Shown piece after piece: positions 21,372-31,655 of a stretch of DNA of 64,000 bases (positions within the stretch are counted from its first letter, which is position 1; each line of letters opens with the position of its first letter). Source of the DNA: Coriobacteriia bacterium (lineage in GTDB: Bacteria; Actinomycetota; Coriobacteriia; WRKU01; WQUG01). Below the pieces are notes generated by a model. That model searched no databases. It was not told the DNA's origin and was given only the letters and a program-made list of their open reading frames with translations. The position numbers were made by a program, and so were the translations under genes. The stretch spans positions 85,348 through 149,347 of the forward strand of contig WRBC01000001.1 of assembly GCA_009779855.1 (NCBI GenBank), written 5' to 3'.

Positions 21372-22136
21372 GTGAGCGACCTAGAGTCAAGACTCGATCA
21401 GATTGTGCCGGAACCACAGTTCTCGCCTCGTGCGAATCGTGGTCCGCTCATGATATCAATGAAAAATGTTTCAAAGCGCTACGTTGCTAATAAGGCTGCG
21501 CTTGAGAATGTTAATGTGGAAGTTGCTGCAGGTGAGTTTGTCTTTATTGTAGGACATTCAGGGTCGGGTAAATCAACCTTTATCCGCATGTTGCTGCGCG
21601 AAGTCCAGCCTTCTTCTGGGCAGATTATTGTTGCTGGGCATGACTTGAGTAGATTAAAGAACTCCAAGGTTCCTTACTTGCGCAGAAATATTGGCTGTGT
21701 ATTTCAAGACTTCAAGCTTTTGCCTAATAAGACTGCTTTTGAGAATGTTGCTTTTGCCCTGCAAGTAATCGGCAAATCAAAGCATGTTATCAACACGCAG
21801 GTACCAGAGGTTTTACGTCTAGTTGGTCTTGAGGGAAAGATTCACAACTATCCTCATGAACTTTCTGGTGGAGAACAGCAGCGTGTGTCAGTAGCGCGCG
21901 CTTTTGTAAATCGTCCACCATTGCTTCTTTGCGATGAGCCTACGGGTAATCTTGACCCGCAAACTTCGCTGGGTATTATGAAACTACTTGAGCGTATTAA
22001 TCGTACGGGTACTACGACGCTCATTGCGACGCATGACCAGGAAATGGTTAATTATATGCGTCAGCGCGTGATTGCGTTAGATGAGGGCCAACTTGTTCGC
22101 GATCAGGACAGGGGGGTGTACGGAAATGTCGATTAA
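21372..22136 (+). CDS. ftsE: cell division ABC ATPase FtsE
   Basis: GTG start 5 nt behind GGGAGGA; Walker [10 protein letters not shown], signature LSGGEQQR, Walker [13 protein letters not shown]. Confidence 0.9.
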   Translation: MSDLESRLDQIVPEPQFSPRANRGPLMISMKNVSKRYVANKAALENVNVEVAAGEFVFIVGHSGSGKSTFIRMLLREVQPSSGQIIVAGHDLSRLKNSKVPYLRRNIGCVFQDFKLLPNKTAFENVAFALQVIGKSKHVINTQVPEVLRLVGLEGKIHNYPHELSGGEQQRVSVARAFVNRPPLLLCDEPTGNLDPQTSLGIMKLLERINRTGTTTLIATHDQEMVNYMRQRVIALDEGQLVRDQDRGVYGNVD

Positions 22137-23040
22137 TTTGGGCTATTTTATATCAGAAGCGGCGATTAGCTTTAAGCGCAATTGGGTGATGACCTTTGGG
22201 GGTATTGCCACGATTTTTCTCTCTCTATTATTGATGGGTAGTGCGCTACTTATGAATAGTCTTGTAAATGATATGGTGGGGGACATCGAAAGTCGTATTA
22301 ATATCCAAGTTTGGATTCATGATGATGCCGAATACGTGGATATCGAGGGCTTGCAGGTTGCTTTAGAGGGACATGAGAATGTGGCAACTGTTCACCTAGT
22401 TGATAAGGATGAGGCGCTGGAGCGCTTTACCTACATGACGCAGGAATCACCTCAGATTGTTGAGCAATTGCAGGATAATCCGTTACCACGATCGCTTGAA
22501 ATAGAGCTCATTGACACACAAGAGATTGATGGAGTGCTTAGCCTTATTAGGGGAAGCGAGGAATTCCCTCTGATTGCAGATCCCCCTAGTGACCCAGAGC
22601 GTGCTCTAGCCTATGGTCAAGGAATTGTAGAAACTTTGCTTGGTGCAACTCAGACAGCGCGCTATGCTGGCATTGCACTTGTGGGAATTCTTGCAGTAGT
22701 TAGTTTGATCTTTATCAACAACACTATTCGCCTTGCGATTTATGCGCGAAGAAATGAACTTTCCATTATGCGCCTTGTAGGCGCGAGTAATGGCTTTATT
22801 CGTGCGCCCTTTATTCTAGAGGGAATATTGCAGGCACTGGTGGGAGCAATCCTTGCAATATTGGTCTTGCTAGCGATTAAATCGTTCGTATTCCCTGGAC
22901 TGCAAGAAACTCTTGCTTTTATTACCTTTAACTTTACCAATGCCTTGATGACAGAAATAGCTCTAATATTGTTAGCTTCAGGTGTTGTGATTGGTACGCT
23001 AGGTGCGATAATTGCGATGAGAAGGTATCTAAAAATATAG
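22126..23040 (+). CDS. ftsX: cell division permease FtsX
   Basis: Overlaps ftsE end; four TM helices with a large extracellular loop; FtsX family C-terminal domain. Confidence 0.88.
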   Translation: MSINLGYFISEAAISFKRNWVMTFGGIATIFLSLLLMGSALLMNSLVNDMVGDIESRINIQVWIHDDAEYVDIEGLQVALEGHENVATVHLVDKDEALERFTYMTQESPQIVEQLQDNPLPRSLEIELIDTQEIDGVLSLIRGSEEFPLIADPPSDPERALAYGQGIVETLLGATQTARYAGIALVGILAVVSLIFINNTIRLAIYARRNELSIMRLVGASNGFIRAPFILEGILQALVGAILAILVLLAIKSFVFPGLQETLAFITFNFTNALMTEIALILLASGVVIGTLGAIIAMRRYLKI

Positions 23041-23095
23041 AACCCGCAACCCGCAGGTTTTCCAGCACCTAGAACCTTATAAAATGCTATATTCG

Positions 23096-23117
23096 ATGCG
23101 GGCACTTTTGCCCGCAT
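23096..23117 (+). promoter_or_regulatory. perfect 9-bp stem hairpin ATGCGGGCA-CTTT-TGCCCGCAT in the ctpA leader, no U-tract
   Basis: Seen directly; lies between ftsX stop and ctpA RBS, preceded by a TATATT box. Confidence 0.4.
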
Positions 23118-23138
23118 CGTCCATATGAAAGGAATAAC

Positions 23139-24362
23139 ATGAATCGCACAACAAGGATAGTTGCCCTTACCCTGGGGGCTATGGTGCTTGCCCTATCAGC
23201 ATTTGTAGGTGGCTTCGCTGTCTCACAGATTGTTTTTGTCGTAGATAGTGCGCGCACAGCTCAGAATGCTCAGCTAACAAGTGAAGTTTCAGATCTTTTT
23301 AACCTGATGCAGCGTGAAGCACTTGACCCTCCTAGTGAAACAACAGCTACGGTAGGTGCACTTAATGGGCTTTTACGCAGCAATGATGATCACTACGCAC
23401 GCTTCTTGCCCGAAGAAGAACTTCAGCGTTATGAAGAGAGTATGGCAGGTGCCTTTGGTGGTATCGGTGTTCTTTTGGGTGAAGACGAGGGAACTACTTT
23501 TGTGGTGCAAGTTTATGAAGACACCCCAGCAGAGCACGCAGGTATTCAAGAAGGAGACTTCTTCTACGGTGTTGATGGGGAAACGCGCAATGATTGGACA
23601 ATCTCAGAGCTTTCTTCCCGCGTCCGGGGTGAAGTAGGGACTGACGTTGAGATAATTATGGTTCGTCCCTGGGATGAAGACACTATGCCTACAAACATGG
23701 ACCATCACTTAGGTGACCCTTTTACCGTAAGTGTCACGCGGGACATCATTCAAGCACCTGTTACTGAGGTGAAAACCTTTGATGATAACGTCGGCTATGT
23801 ACGCTTGTTTGACTTTAATTTGCGCGCAACAGAAGAGCTCTATGCAGACATTGAAGGCCTCATTGAAGAAGGAGCAGAGTCGCTAATTCTTGACCTGCGC
23901 AGTAATCCTGGTGGCGATCTTAATCAAGCGATTTCTGTGGCGTCGCTTTTTATTGAATCGGGACCTATTGTTCAGATAGAAGAAGCTGGTCAACCTGAAC
24001 CTGTTGTCCTTAGCGTGCGTGGCGATCAGATATCCCAGCAGCTTCCCCTTGTCGTGTTGGTAAATGGCAACAGTGCTTCTGCCTCTGAAATTGTTGCAGC
24101 AGCTATTCAGGACCACGACCGCGGTACTGTCGTAGGAGTTGAGACCTTTGGCAAAGGAAGCGTACAGACACAGATTCCCTTCCGTAATGGCGCAGCCTTT
24201 ATGACGACGGCACAATACCTCTCTGCGCACGGAAGAGTGATTGAGGGTGAAGGTGTAGCGCCTGATGTCGAAGCAGAAATGAGTATTGCAGATGCTGCAG
24301 AAGAAGAGACTGATACGCAATTGCACGCTGCTATTGAAGAAGCAAGCGCTAAGCAAAGGTAA
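23139..24362 (+). CDS. ctpA: carboxyl-terminal processing protease (S41, CtpA/CtpB-like) with PDZ domain
   Basis: N-terminal TM anchor, PDZ, S41 catalytic block LILDLRSNPGGDLNQAISVASLF and K-containing FGKGSVQ; ftsEX-ctp synteny as in Bacillus. Confidence 0.9.
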   Translation: MNRTTRIVALTLGAMVLALSAFVGGFAVSQIVFVVDSARTAQNAQLTSEVSDLFNLMQREALDPPSETTATVGALNGLLRSNDDHYARFLPEEELQRYEESMAGAFGGIGVLLGEDEGTTFVVQVYEDTPAEHAGIQEGDFFYGVDGETRNDWTISELSSRVRGEVGTDVEIIMVRPWDEDTMPTNMDHHLGDPFTVSVTRDIIQAPVTEVKTFDDNVGYVRLFDFNLRATEELYADIEGLIEEGAESLILDLRSNPGGDLNQAISVASLFIESGPIVQIEEAGQPEPVVLSVRGDQISQQLPLVVLVNGNSASASEIVAAAIQDHDRGTVVGVETFGKGSVQTQIPFRNGAAFMTTAQYLSAHGRVIEGEGVAPDVEAEMSIADAAEEETDTQLHAAIEEASAKQR

Positions 24363-24367
24363 GTCTT

Positions 24368-24823
24368 TTGTCAGGCAGAATTGCAGGTAATAAGAAAGCC
24401 TACCACGATTACTTTATCGACGAGACCTTTGAGGCCGGCATAGCACTGACCGGTACAGAGGTCAAGTCGATTCGTGACTACGGCCTGTCGCTGAAAGAAA
24501 GTTATGCGCATGTTCGTGATGGGGAAGCCTGGCTTTTGGGGGTACATATTAAACCCTATACTCAGGGTTCATATAATAATGTAGACCCTGACCGTCCTCG
24601 CAAGTTACTGCTGCACAAAAAGCAGATACGCTACTTGGATGAGCGCACTAGTGAAAAAGGGCAGACTATCGTTCCCACGAAAATCTATTTTTCGCGCGAT
24701 AATAAGGTCAAGGTAGAAATTGGCCTGGCGCGAGGAAAGAAGAACTATGATAAGCGTGCAACTATAGCAAAAAAGGATGCGCAGCGAGACATAGAAAGAG
24801 CGCTAAAAACTCGTAGTCAGTAG
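24368..24823 (+). CDS. smpB: SsrA-binding protein SmpB
   Basis: TTG start; IAGNKKAYHDYFI, KSIRDYGLSL, GVHIKPY signatures. Confidence 0.93.
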   Translation: MSGRIAGNKKAYHDYFIDETFEAGIALTGTEVKSIRDYGLSLKESYAHVRDGEAWLLGVHIKPYTQGSYNNVDPDRPRKLLLHKKQIRYLDERTSEKGQTIVPTKIYFSRDNKVKVEIGLARGKKNYDKRATIAKKDAQRDIERALKTRSQ

Positions 24824-24835
24824 CATTTTGTTCTG

Positions 24836-25633
24836 TTAGTCAGAGGACCTCTTTCCTCGTGCAAAGAAAAAGAATATTCCTGCTACTAATGCTACCGAAA
24901 TCGCTACGATGATAATGATTGTTGTAGCGTTTGCTGCAGGCTCTGCTGCCCCTTCGCCTACATAGAAGCCATCTATTGTGGTTGTGATTGTTTGTCTGGT
25001 ACTGACATCCTCAAAGGTACGTGCGTAGGTTTGCTCGTCATTTGGACCTGCCCCTCTAAAGGTCAAATCATCATCGGTTGCCACAAATCCTGCGGGGAAG
25101 GCTGCTGTCATCATGAGCTCTTCCACGGCCTGAATAGGAGTATAGGATAGATTCATGCTTATGGCACCCTCGACACTTTCATTTAGAGGGTTCCCTTCAT
25201 ACCTGAACTCGAGCTGCATATGGTGGTAGCTTGTCATAACGGCGGAGTAAACATCTATACCATTTTCGGTACGTATCTGGTAAGGCTCTGGAAATTGTAT
25301 TGCGCCATCAAAGATTTCACGATCAGGAAGCTGTCCAAACCAGCCCACCAATGTTCCTTCGGGAACTCCGATCTCAATGCGGACTGGCAATGCTGTTTCT
25401 GCTGGCAGGCTGCCAATAAGCAGCCCTGCCCAGAAGTCCTCCATGCCTAGAGCTTCTCCGTCCACATGAAGAAGCTGATAGCTAAGAGAGTAAAAAGGAG
25501 TGACTTCCTCTGGGGAAGTTAAGGGAGTCTGCTCGACCTCGCTTTCCTCTGAAGCGATTGCCCTTGGTACTCCTAGGGCAAATAGTGCAGTAACCAACAT
25601 AATCAGTACAAGCCATTTTCGTGAATTGCGCAT
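24836..25633 (-). CDS. hypothetical type I membrane protein (signal peptide, ~200-aa ectodomain, C-terminal TM anchor)
   Basis: N-terminal signal peptide LFALGVPRAIASEE; C-terminal IIIIVAISVALVAGIFFFFARGKRSSD; good RBS AGGAG. Confidence 0.55.
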   Translation of the reverse strand: MRNSRKWLVLIMLVTALFALGVPRAIASEESEVEQTPLTSPEEVTPFYSLSYQLLHVDGEALGMEDFWAGLLIGSLPAETALPVRIEIGVPEGTLVGWFGQLPDREIFDGAIQFPEPYQIRTENGIDVYSAVMTSYHHMQLEFRYEGNPLNESVEGAISMNLSYTPIQAVEELMMTAAFPAGFVATDDDLTFRGAGPNDEQTYARTFEDVSTRQTITTTIDGFYVGEGAAEPAANATTIIIIVAISVALVAGIFFFFARGKRSSD

Positions 25634-25677
25634 TGTGAATCTCCTAGGATAATGGACGATTTTCTTCCTATACTATG

Positions 25678-26256
25678 CTACAGATTTCGCTCAGAGACTT
25701 CCAGTAGCTCATTGCTGCGCCTAGCCAATACGAAAGCAAGTGAGGAGAGGCGATTAAAGAAAGGGAGCGCATCCATAGAGGCGAATTCGTCCGTTTCAAT
25801 ACCTGCAAATGCAACACCTGCAGATGTATCTATAAGGTGACAATAGCTGCGCTCTAATTCACGAATGGCCACTCGTGCGAGCTCAATTCGCGCTGCTAAT
25901 TCCGACCCTCCTGGCAGTACAAAGGCTTTCAAAGGTTCTTTTGGCGCAAACAGCTCACAAAATCTTTCCACTTCATGAAGTTGCGCTTCCCATGACCACG
26001 CTGCGCGTGACTTTGTGTCGTAAGCATCCATGATAGTGACTCCGGCTTGAAATAGTGCGCGCTGCATCCACACAAGACATTCATTTATTTCGTGTGTCAC
26101 AGGATGTTTGGCTGCCTCAGCTGCAGCAAAACCCAATGCAGCTTGAGCCTTGTCAAGGTTCCCTACAAATTCTATGCTTATGTCAGCCTTTGACAATATG
26201 CGACTGCGTCCGAAGCTTGTCATTCCCTTATCTCCATTGCTGCTGTAATAACGCAT
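25678..26256 (-). CDS. ATP:cob(I)alamin adenosyltransferase, PduO type
   Basis: N-terminus NGDKGMTSFGRSR (TGDKGxTSL-like), FVLPGGSELAARIELARVAIRELER core. Confidence 0.85.
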   Translation of the reverse strand: MRYYSSNGDKGMTSFGRSRILSKADISIEFVGNLDKAQAALGFAAAEAAKHPVTHEINECLVWMQRALFQAGVTIMDAYDTKSRAAWSWEAQLHEVERFCELFAPKEPLKAFVLPGGSELAARIELARVAIRELERSYCHLIDTSAGVAFAGIETDEFASMDALPFFNRLSSLAFVLARRSNELLEVSERNL

Positions 26257-26389
26257 CTAAGACTCCTGTCTTTGCCTATGCGAGGAGAGCATATTTTCTA
26301 TCTGCAGCCTTTCTTGCTATGCTAGATATTTGAATACTTACCGGGCACTATACAATGCTACCTCTATGATTTTATAGGAGATTTAGGAC

Positions 26390-27112
26390 TTGAGCGAAAA
26401 TGGTCAAAACATGCACTTCGATTGTCTTATCATCGATGATGAAGCAGAGATTGCTTCCAGCGTTTGTGAATACTTCAATTTATTCGGAGTAAACTCTCAT
26501 TATGTTCTTAACGCAGATGATGCCCTTTCGTTTTTGCAAGAAAATACGGTAAGTTTAATCTTGCTTGATATTAACTTAGGGGAAGATTCGGGCTTTGCTC
26601 TTTGCAAGACACTTAGGGAGACTCTTGATATTCCTATCCTTTTCATTAGTGCGCGCACCAGTAGCGAAGATATGCTTCTTGCCTTAAATATTGGCGGAGA
26701 CGATTATATCCAGAAACCCTTTGCTCTTTCTGTGCTTCTGGCAAAGGTCAATGTGGTGCTAAGGCGCTATGGACCGAAAAAAGAGGAAGAAGAAACTAGG
26801 TTGCGCATTGATCCCGTAACAGAGCGAATTTACCTTGACGATACAATTCTTGAGTTAAAAAATATGGAATACAGGCTGCTTAAATATCTCTACGACAACA
26901 AAGGTCGAATTGTCGAGAAAAGTGAGCTGTTTAAAGAGGTCTGGGGTGACACCTTTGTGAGTGATGGCACTTTGAATGTGCATGTTCGTCGCTTAAGAGA
27001 AAAGATTGAAGCAGATCCTAATGATCCCTTGCTTATCAAGACTGTCTGGGGTGTTGGGTATGTGTATGATGAAGCCTTTGTGCAGGCTTCGCAGCCCGTA
27101 CAGAGAGCATAG
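26390..27112 (+). CDS. OmpR-family two-component response regulator
   Basis: TTG start 9 nt after AGGAG (alternative ATG 26411); receiver D in LILLDINLG; winged-helix C-terminus VHVRRLREKIE...IKTVWGVGY. Confidence 0.88.
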   Translation: MSENGQNMHFDCLIIDDEAEIASSVCEYFNLFGVNSHYVLNADDALSFLQENTVSLILLDINLGEDSGFALCKTLRETLDIPILFISARTSSEDMLLALNIGGDDYIQKPFALSVLLAKVNVVLRRYGPKKEEEETRLRIDPVTERIYLDDTILELKNMEYRLLKYLYDNKGRIVEKSELFKEVWGDTFVSDGTLNVHVRRLREKIEADPNDPLLIKTVWGVGYVYDEAFVQASQPVQRA

Positions 27113-27113
27113 T

Positions 27114-28322
27114 ATGAAGAGTGGCATGAAATGGTTTTCGCTGCTGCTTGCAGTGGTCGTTGCAGCTAGTGGAATTCTTATAGTACAGATTACCAGCATT
27201 GATTACGACTTAGACCGAGTAGAGATTAATAGAGTCGCTAGAGCTATAGAGGCGAGTTGGCCTGATGCTCTTTATGGACGACTTCCTGAGAGTAGTGTTA
27301 GCTACTTTTTTGTTGAAAGTGGGCAGGCTCTTCATGCATATAGGGCAGGTCAAGATGTTCTTGTGGATGTTTCAATTGACAGTGAGATAGTAGGTACTGT
27401 TGTAGTCTCAAATGAGGCTGCTGAGCGATTAGAAGCAATGAGGTCACAGCTCATCATCTTCTTTTCTGTCCTGCTTATATTAATTGTTGTGTGCTCAGGT
27501 CTGTTTGCACTTTACTTGCACCGCTCGATCCTTCATCCATTTCACAAATTGGAATCCTTTGCTACAAGGGTTGCACAGGGGGATTTGGATATTCCTCTAG
27601 AGATGGATAAAGAAAATCGCTTTGGGGCCTTTTCGGAAAGCTTTGACCTTATGCGAGAACAGCTTGCATTAGCACGGGAAAATGAGCGTCTTGCAAATAT
27701 CAGCAAGAAAGAACTTGTAGCTTCACTGAGTCATGACATAAAGACACCTGTAGCCTCTATTAAGGCAATTACTGAATTGCACCAGGTTAAGCATGGAGCG
27801 ACATCTGAAATGAAATCCATTGCAGAGAGAGCAGAATCCATAGACATACTGATAACCAATATGTTTACCTCTGCTTTAGAAGAGCTAGAACAACTTGAAG
27901 TGCACGTTGGTGAAGTTACCTCCGTTGACTTAGGAGAATACATTCGAGCATCTGATTATCAGAATCGCATTCGTCCGTTTATCTTGCCTGAATGTGTCAT
28001 TGCGGCAGATAACCTTAGATTGCAGCAAGTCATTGATAATGTAGTTGGAAATTCCTATAAATACGCAGATACACCCATTGAAGTATCGGGTGATTTTGAG
28101 GGGCCTGTCTTTGTGTTAACGGTACGTGACTTTGGTCCCGGTGTTTCTTCAGAAGAGCTTCCACTGTTGCGAGAAAAGTATTACCGAGCCAGCAATTCAG
28201 AAGGGAAGGATGGGGCTGGCTTAGGACTTTATTTGGCCCATTATTTCCTAAGTGAGATGGGCGGGTCGCTTGCTGTGGAAAATGATGACGGTTTGGTTGT
28301 GACGCTGCGACTTAAGGTTTAA
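27114..28322 (+). CDS. sensor histidine kinase (two TM helices, ~110-aa extracytoplasmic loop, HAMP, HisKA, HATPase)
   Basis: ATG 1 nt after the RR stop; H-box LSHDIKTPVASIKAITEL; N/G boxes NVVGNSYKYAD, GAGLGLYLAHYF. Confidence 0.85.
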   Translation: MKSGMKWFSLLLAVVVAASGILIVQITSIDYDLDRVEINRVARAIEASWPDALYGRLPESSVSYFFVESGQALHAYRAGQDVLVDVSIDSEIVGTVVVSNEAAERLEAMRSQLIIFFSVLLILIVVCSGLFALYLHRSILHPFHKLESFATRVAQGDLDIPLEMDKENRFGAFSESFDLMREQLALARENERLANISKKELVASLSHDIKTPVASIKAITELHQVKHGATSEMKSIAERAESIDILITNMFTSALEELEQLEVHVGEVTSVDLGEYIRASDYQNRIRPFILPECVIAADNLRLQQVIDNVVGNSYKYADTPIEVSGDFEGPVFVLTVRDFGPGVSSEELPLLREKYYRASNSEGKDGAGLGLYLAHYFLSEMGGSLAVENDDGLVVTLRLKV

Positions 28323-28425
28323 GAATCTGTTAAGGAATCGGTAAAGACTGTTAAGGACCGTGCTTGTTAGGATAAGTTCATAGGCAATTTCTCCCACCAA
28401 AACTTAGTAAGAGAAAGAGAAAAAC

Positions 28426-29178
28426 ATGACACTTATCAAGACAAGCAAGTTAAGCAAATCCTTTTCGTCAGGGGGAGCCCAGCAGCACATACTCAAAAAT
28501 CTTGACCTAGAGATTTACGAGGGTGATTTCACCGTTATTATGGGACCTTCAGGCGCGGGAAAGTCTACACTGCTCTATGCACTATCAGGAATGGATAAGC
28601 CAACCCTTGGCTCTATTCAATTTCTGGGACAGGAAATCTCTAAGTTAAGCAATGATAAGCTTGCTGTGTTCCGTCGCGAGCACTGCGGGTTTGTCTTTCA
28701 GCAGATGTTCCTTTTAGACAATATGAGCATTATTGACAATGTGCTTGCAGCCGGATACTTAGTGTCGGCGGACAGGAAAGCTATTGTTGACCGTGCTAAA
28801 AAACTTCTTACACAGGTCGGATTAAGCGAGCAAGAATGGCGCAAGTTCCCAACACAACTTTCAGGCGGAGAAGCACAGCGCGCTGCTATTGTTCGTGCAC
28901 TTATCAATCATCCTAAAGTTGTCTTTGCTGATGAACCAACAGGTGCCCTGAATTTGGCATCAGGTAAGGCAGTTCTTGACATTTTGACACAAACCAATCA
29001 AAACGGACAGAGCGTAATAATGGTGACTCATGATTTGAGGAGTGCCAGACGGGGGAACCGTATTCTCTATATTAGCGACGGAGTTATCCGTGGCACCTGT
29101 GACCTAGGGCACTATGTAAGTGGCAGTAAAGAGCGCCATGACAAACTCATCACCTTCCTAGAAGAGATGGGGTGGTAG
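28426..29178 (+). CDS. ABC transporter ATP-binding protein (MacB/Bce/LolD-type)
   Basis: Walker A MGPSGAGKST, Q-loop, signature LSGGEAQR, Walker B VVFADEPTGALN. Confidence 0.9.
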   Translation: MTLIKTSKLSKSFSSGGAQQHILKNLDLEIYEGDFTVIMGPSGAGKSTLLYALSGMDKPTLGSIQFLGQEISKLSNDKLAVFRREHCGFVFQQMFLLDNMSIIDNVLAAGYLVSADRKAIVDRAKKLLTQVGLSEQEWRKFPTQLSGGEAQRAAIVRALINHPKVVFADEPTGALNLASGKAVLDILTQTNQNGQSVIMVTHDLRSARRGNRILYISDGVIRGTCDLGHYVSGSKERHDKLITFLEEMGW

Positions 29179-29180
29179 TC

Positions 29181-31526
29181 GTGAAAAAGCTTGTTCTGCT
29201 TGCAAAAGCAAACGTTCGCAAGGCTAAAGGGCAAACTGCAATCCTAGTGATGTTGTTCCTTATAGCGTCAATGATGCTTAATATAGGAATAATTACCCTG
29301 GCAGGATTTGGTAGTTTCTTTGAAAGAACTACTGAAGAGCTAAACACCTCTGATGTCTACTTTATTGTTCCTGAAGCCTTGTTCAACCCTGATATAGAGC
29401 AATACTTCCAGAACCATAGTGAAGTGACGGAATTTCAGATAAATGAGGGCCTTCAAGTGGCCGCAACATTTGATTGGAGAGACGACTCTCTGACTAATGG
29501 GATGTCTATCCAAAACAAAGATGAGGTGCGTAATCTTTCTCAGTGGATGTATGTCGGTGAAAGATTATCTGATGTTCCAGATAATGCGATTTATCTACCC
29601 TATACTTTTGACCTTGTAGGCGGCCACGAATTGGGGGATGAGTTAACACTTACAATAGACGATGAAGATTTTGTTTTTACTGTTGCAGGTTTCACAGAGA
29701 ATATCTACCAAGACCGTATGTTGCTGGGTGACACAGTCTTTGTCCCTGCTCAAGGCTTTCAAGAATTATCAGATGAGTTAGCTGAGTATCGTACATCTCT
29801 TATATTTGCAAATGGACTTGAAAACTATGCAAAAGCGGTGACGGAGCTAATGGAGCTGGCGGACAGCCCTTCAGCTGACAGTCCTGAAGGTTTGATGAGT
29901 ACTATCCGTGCTACAGACCTCAATGCCTCGACGGAAGCAAGAACAGGTATGCCCGTGATGACATCTACCATGGTAATAATATTTACCGTTGTTATCGTGG
30001 CTGTCTGTTTGCTGGTTATTCGTTTTCGCATCGCTAACAGCATTGAAGAGGATGTGCAAAAGATTGGGTCGCTGCAGTCTGTTGGTTATACAAGTAGGCA
30101 GATTACCCTTTCCTTTGTTGCTCAGTACGGTCTAATAGCGCTGCTTGCCGGTCTCGCAGGAATTCTGCCAGCATATCTGATGCTTCCCTCCTTAAGTGAC
30201 GTATTAGCACAGCAGAGTGGACTGTCGTGGAGACCTGACCTTGAGCCTGTCATTAACCTTGTTATTTTGGCTGCGCTAGTTTTTGTGGTAATCGCAGCCA
30301 CCTTTCTTACAGCGTGGAAGGTTCGTAAGGTGAGCCCTGTGCAGGCTTTACGCGGAGGACTTACAACTCACAGCTTTAAGAGGAACTATGTTCCCTTAGA
30401 GCGCTCTCGTCTTCCTTTGACCTTGGCGCTATCCAGTAAGTCAGTTCTTCAGAAAATGCGCCAAAGTGTGATGCTGTTGATTATTTTGGCAGCGACTTCT
30501 TTTACGGCAGTTTTTGCAGTGATTCTGTTCTATAACTCTGCAGTTGATTTAAGTGCCTTTGAGCAGGTCCCTGGCATCGAGAGGTCAAACGCATTGATTG
30601 TCTTTGACCCTGCAGAAGACACAGACCGACTGATGTCTGAAGTTGCCGCCCATGAGGACGTGTGGATGGCGCAGTATATGGACATTGAGTGGGTCCACGT
30701 TGAGGACATTGGTACGGTAGGTGCTATTACCATGACTGATTTCTCGACAAAGGTGACAAATAACATTTATGAGGGGGTTCCTCCTCGCTATGACAACGAA
30801 GTCGCCATCGCTGGAGCAATCTCAAATATGGTTGATCTTGGCATAGGTGATGAGATAAGAATCGGCTCAGATGAAGAGCCCTTCCTTATTACTGGCCTGT
30901 CACAAGGTATGCAGGCAGGAGTACTGTCTGTGAGCCTTACTCAAGACGGTGCGCGAAGAATAAGCCCTGACTTCACACAGTCTCAGTTGATGGTTTACTT
31001 AAATGATGGAATAGATGCGGCAGAGTTTGTTCTAGAGATGGAAGAAGTTTATTACGACGAAGCTTTTATTGTCGGTGATATGGATGAGGCTTTTGCAGAA
31101 GGGGTGAGTGGATTTGCTTCTATCTTCTCAATGGTGGGAATAGCCATTGTTGCCATTGCCGGTTTCGTCATCGTACTCGTGCTGTACTTTGTGCTGGGTT
31201 CTACGGTTATTCGTCAAAGACGTGAGTTAGGTATCCAAAAAGCGATTGGGTACACGACAATGAGTCTTATGAATCAGATGTCTATTGGGTTTACACTTCC
31301 TATTATTCTGGGAACTGCAGCTGGATCTGTTTTAGCGGCGCTGAACTTTAATACGCTTATGGCAGCGGGAGGGGCAGCCACAGGTCTTATGAGATCGGAG
31401 ATGCTGATAAATCCTGCACTAGTTGCCTTTACAGCTTTGGGTATGATTGTACTGTCCTACCTAATCAGCCTGCTTATTACCTGGCGTATCCGCAAAGTTT
31501 CAGCGTATGCACTGGTGACAGAGTAA
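29181..31526 (+). CDS. ABC transporter permease with two FtsX domains (MacB/BceB-like, ~10 TM, two extracytoplasmic domains)
   Basis: Start chosen at GTG 29181 (MKKLVLLAKANVRKAK, typical FtsX-family N-terminus) rather than the ORF start GTG 29172; FtsX domain blocks near residues 280-400 and 660-780. Confidence 0.8.
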   Translation: MKKLVLLAKANVRKAKGQTAILVMLFLIASMMLNIGIITLAGFGSFFERTTEELNTSDVYFIVPEALFNPDIEQYFQNHSEVTEFQINEGLQVAATFDWRDDSLTNGMSIQNKDEVRNLSQWMYVGERLSDVPDNAIYLPYTFDLVGGHELGDELTLTIDDEDFVFTVAGFTENIYQDRMLLGDTVFVPAQGFQELSDELAEYRTSLIFANGLENYAKAVTELMELADSPSADSPEGLMSTIRATDLNASTEARTGMPVMTSTMVIIFTVVIVAVCLLVIRFRIANSIEEDVQKIGSLQSVGYTSRQITLSFVAQYGLIALLAGLAGILPAYLMLPSLSDVLAQQSGLSWRPDLEPVINLVILAALVFVVIAATFLTAWKVRKVSPVQALRGGLTTHSFKRNYVPLERSRLPLTLALSSKSVLQKMRQSVMLLIILAATSFTAVFAVILFYNSAVDLSAFEQVPGIERSNALIVFDPAEDTDRLMSEVAAHEDVWMAQYMDIEWVHVEDIGTVGAITMTDFSTKVTNNIYEGVPPRYDNEVAIAGAISNMVDLGIGDEIRIGSDEEPFLITGLSQGMQAGVLSVSLTQDGARRISPDFTQSQLMVYLNDGIDAAEFVLEMEEVYYDEAFIVGDMDEAFAEGVSGFASIFSMVGIAIVAIAGFVIVLVLYFVLGSTVIRQRRELGIQKAIGYTTMSLMNQMSIGFTLPIILGTAAGSVLAALNFNTLMAAGGAATGLMRSEMLINPALVAFTALGMIVLSYLISLLITWRIRKVSAYALVTE

Positions 31527-31580
31527 GTACTAACTGTACGAAGAATTCCTTGGAATAACCTGTATATGATCTTTGTTAAC

Positions 31581-31623
31581 GTGCAGAATGTATCAGTTTG
31601 ATACATTCTGCACGTTTGTTTGG
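31581..31623 (+). terminator. rho-independent terminator of the TCS/ABC operon
   Basis: Perfect 14-bp inverted repeat GTGCAGAATGTATC/GATACATTCTGCAC with 5-nt loop, followed by GTTTGTTTGG. Confidence 0.85.
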
Positions 31624-31655
31624 CTTTGCCTGATAACTGCACGCTTCGCCCCTGT

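Noticed and set aside
23041-23065. AACCCGCAACCCGCAGG after ftsX as a terminator
   Set aside because: Direct rather than inverted repeat; no stable stem can be drawn
24368-25700. Expected a tmRNA (ssrA) gene next to smpB
   Set aside because: Downstream region is occupied by a convergent protein gene; no GGGG...CCACCA tmRNA-like ends or tRNA-like acceptor/T-arm found by eye in any intergenic region
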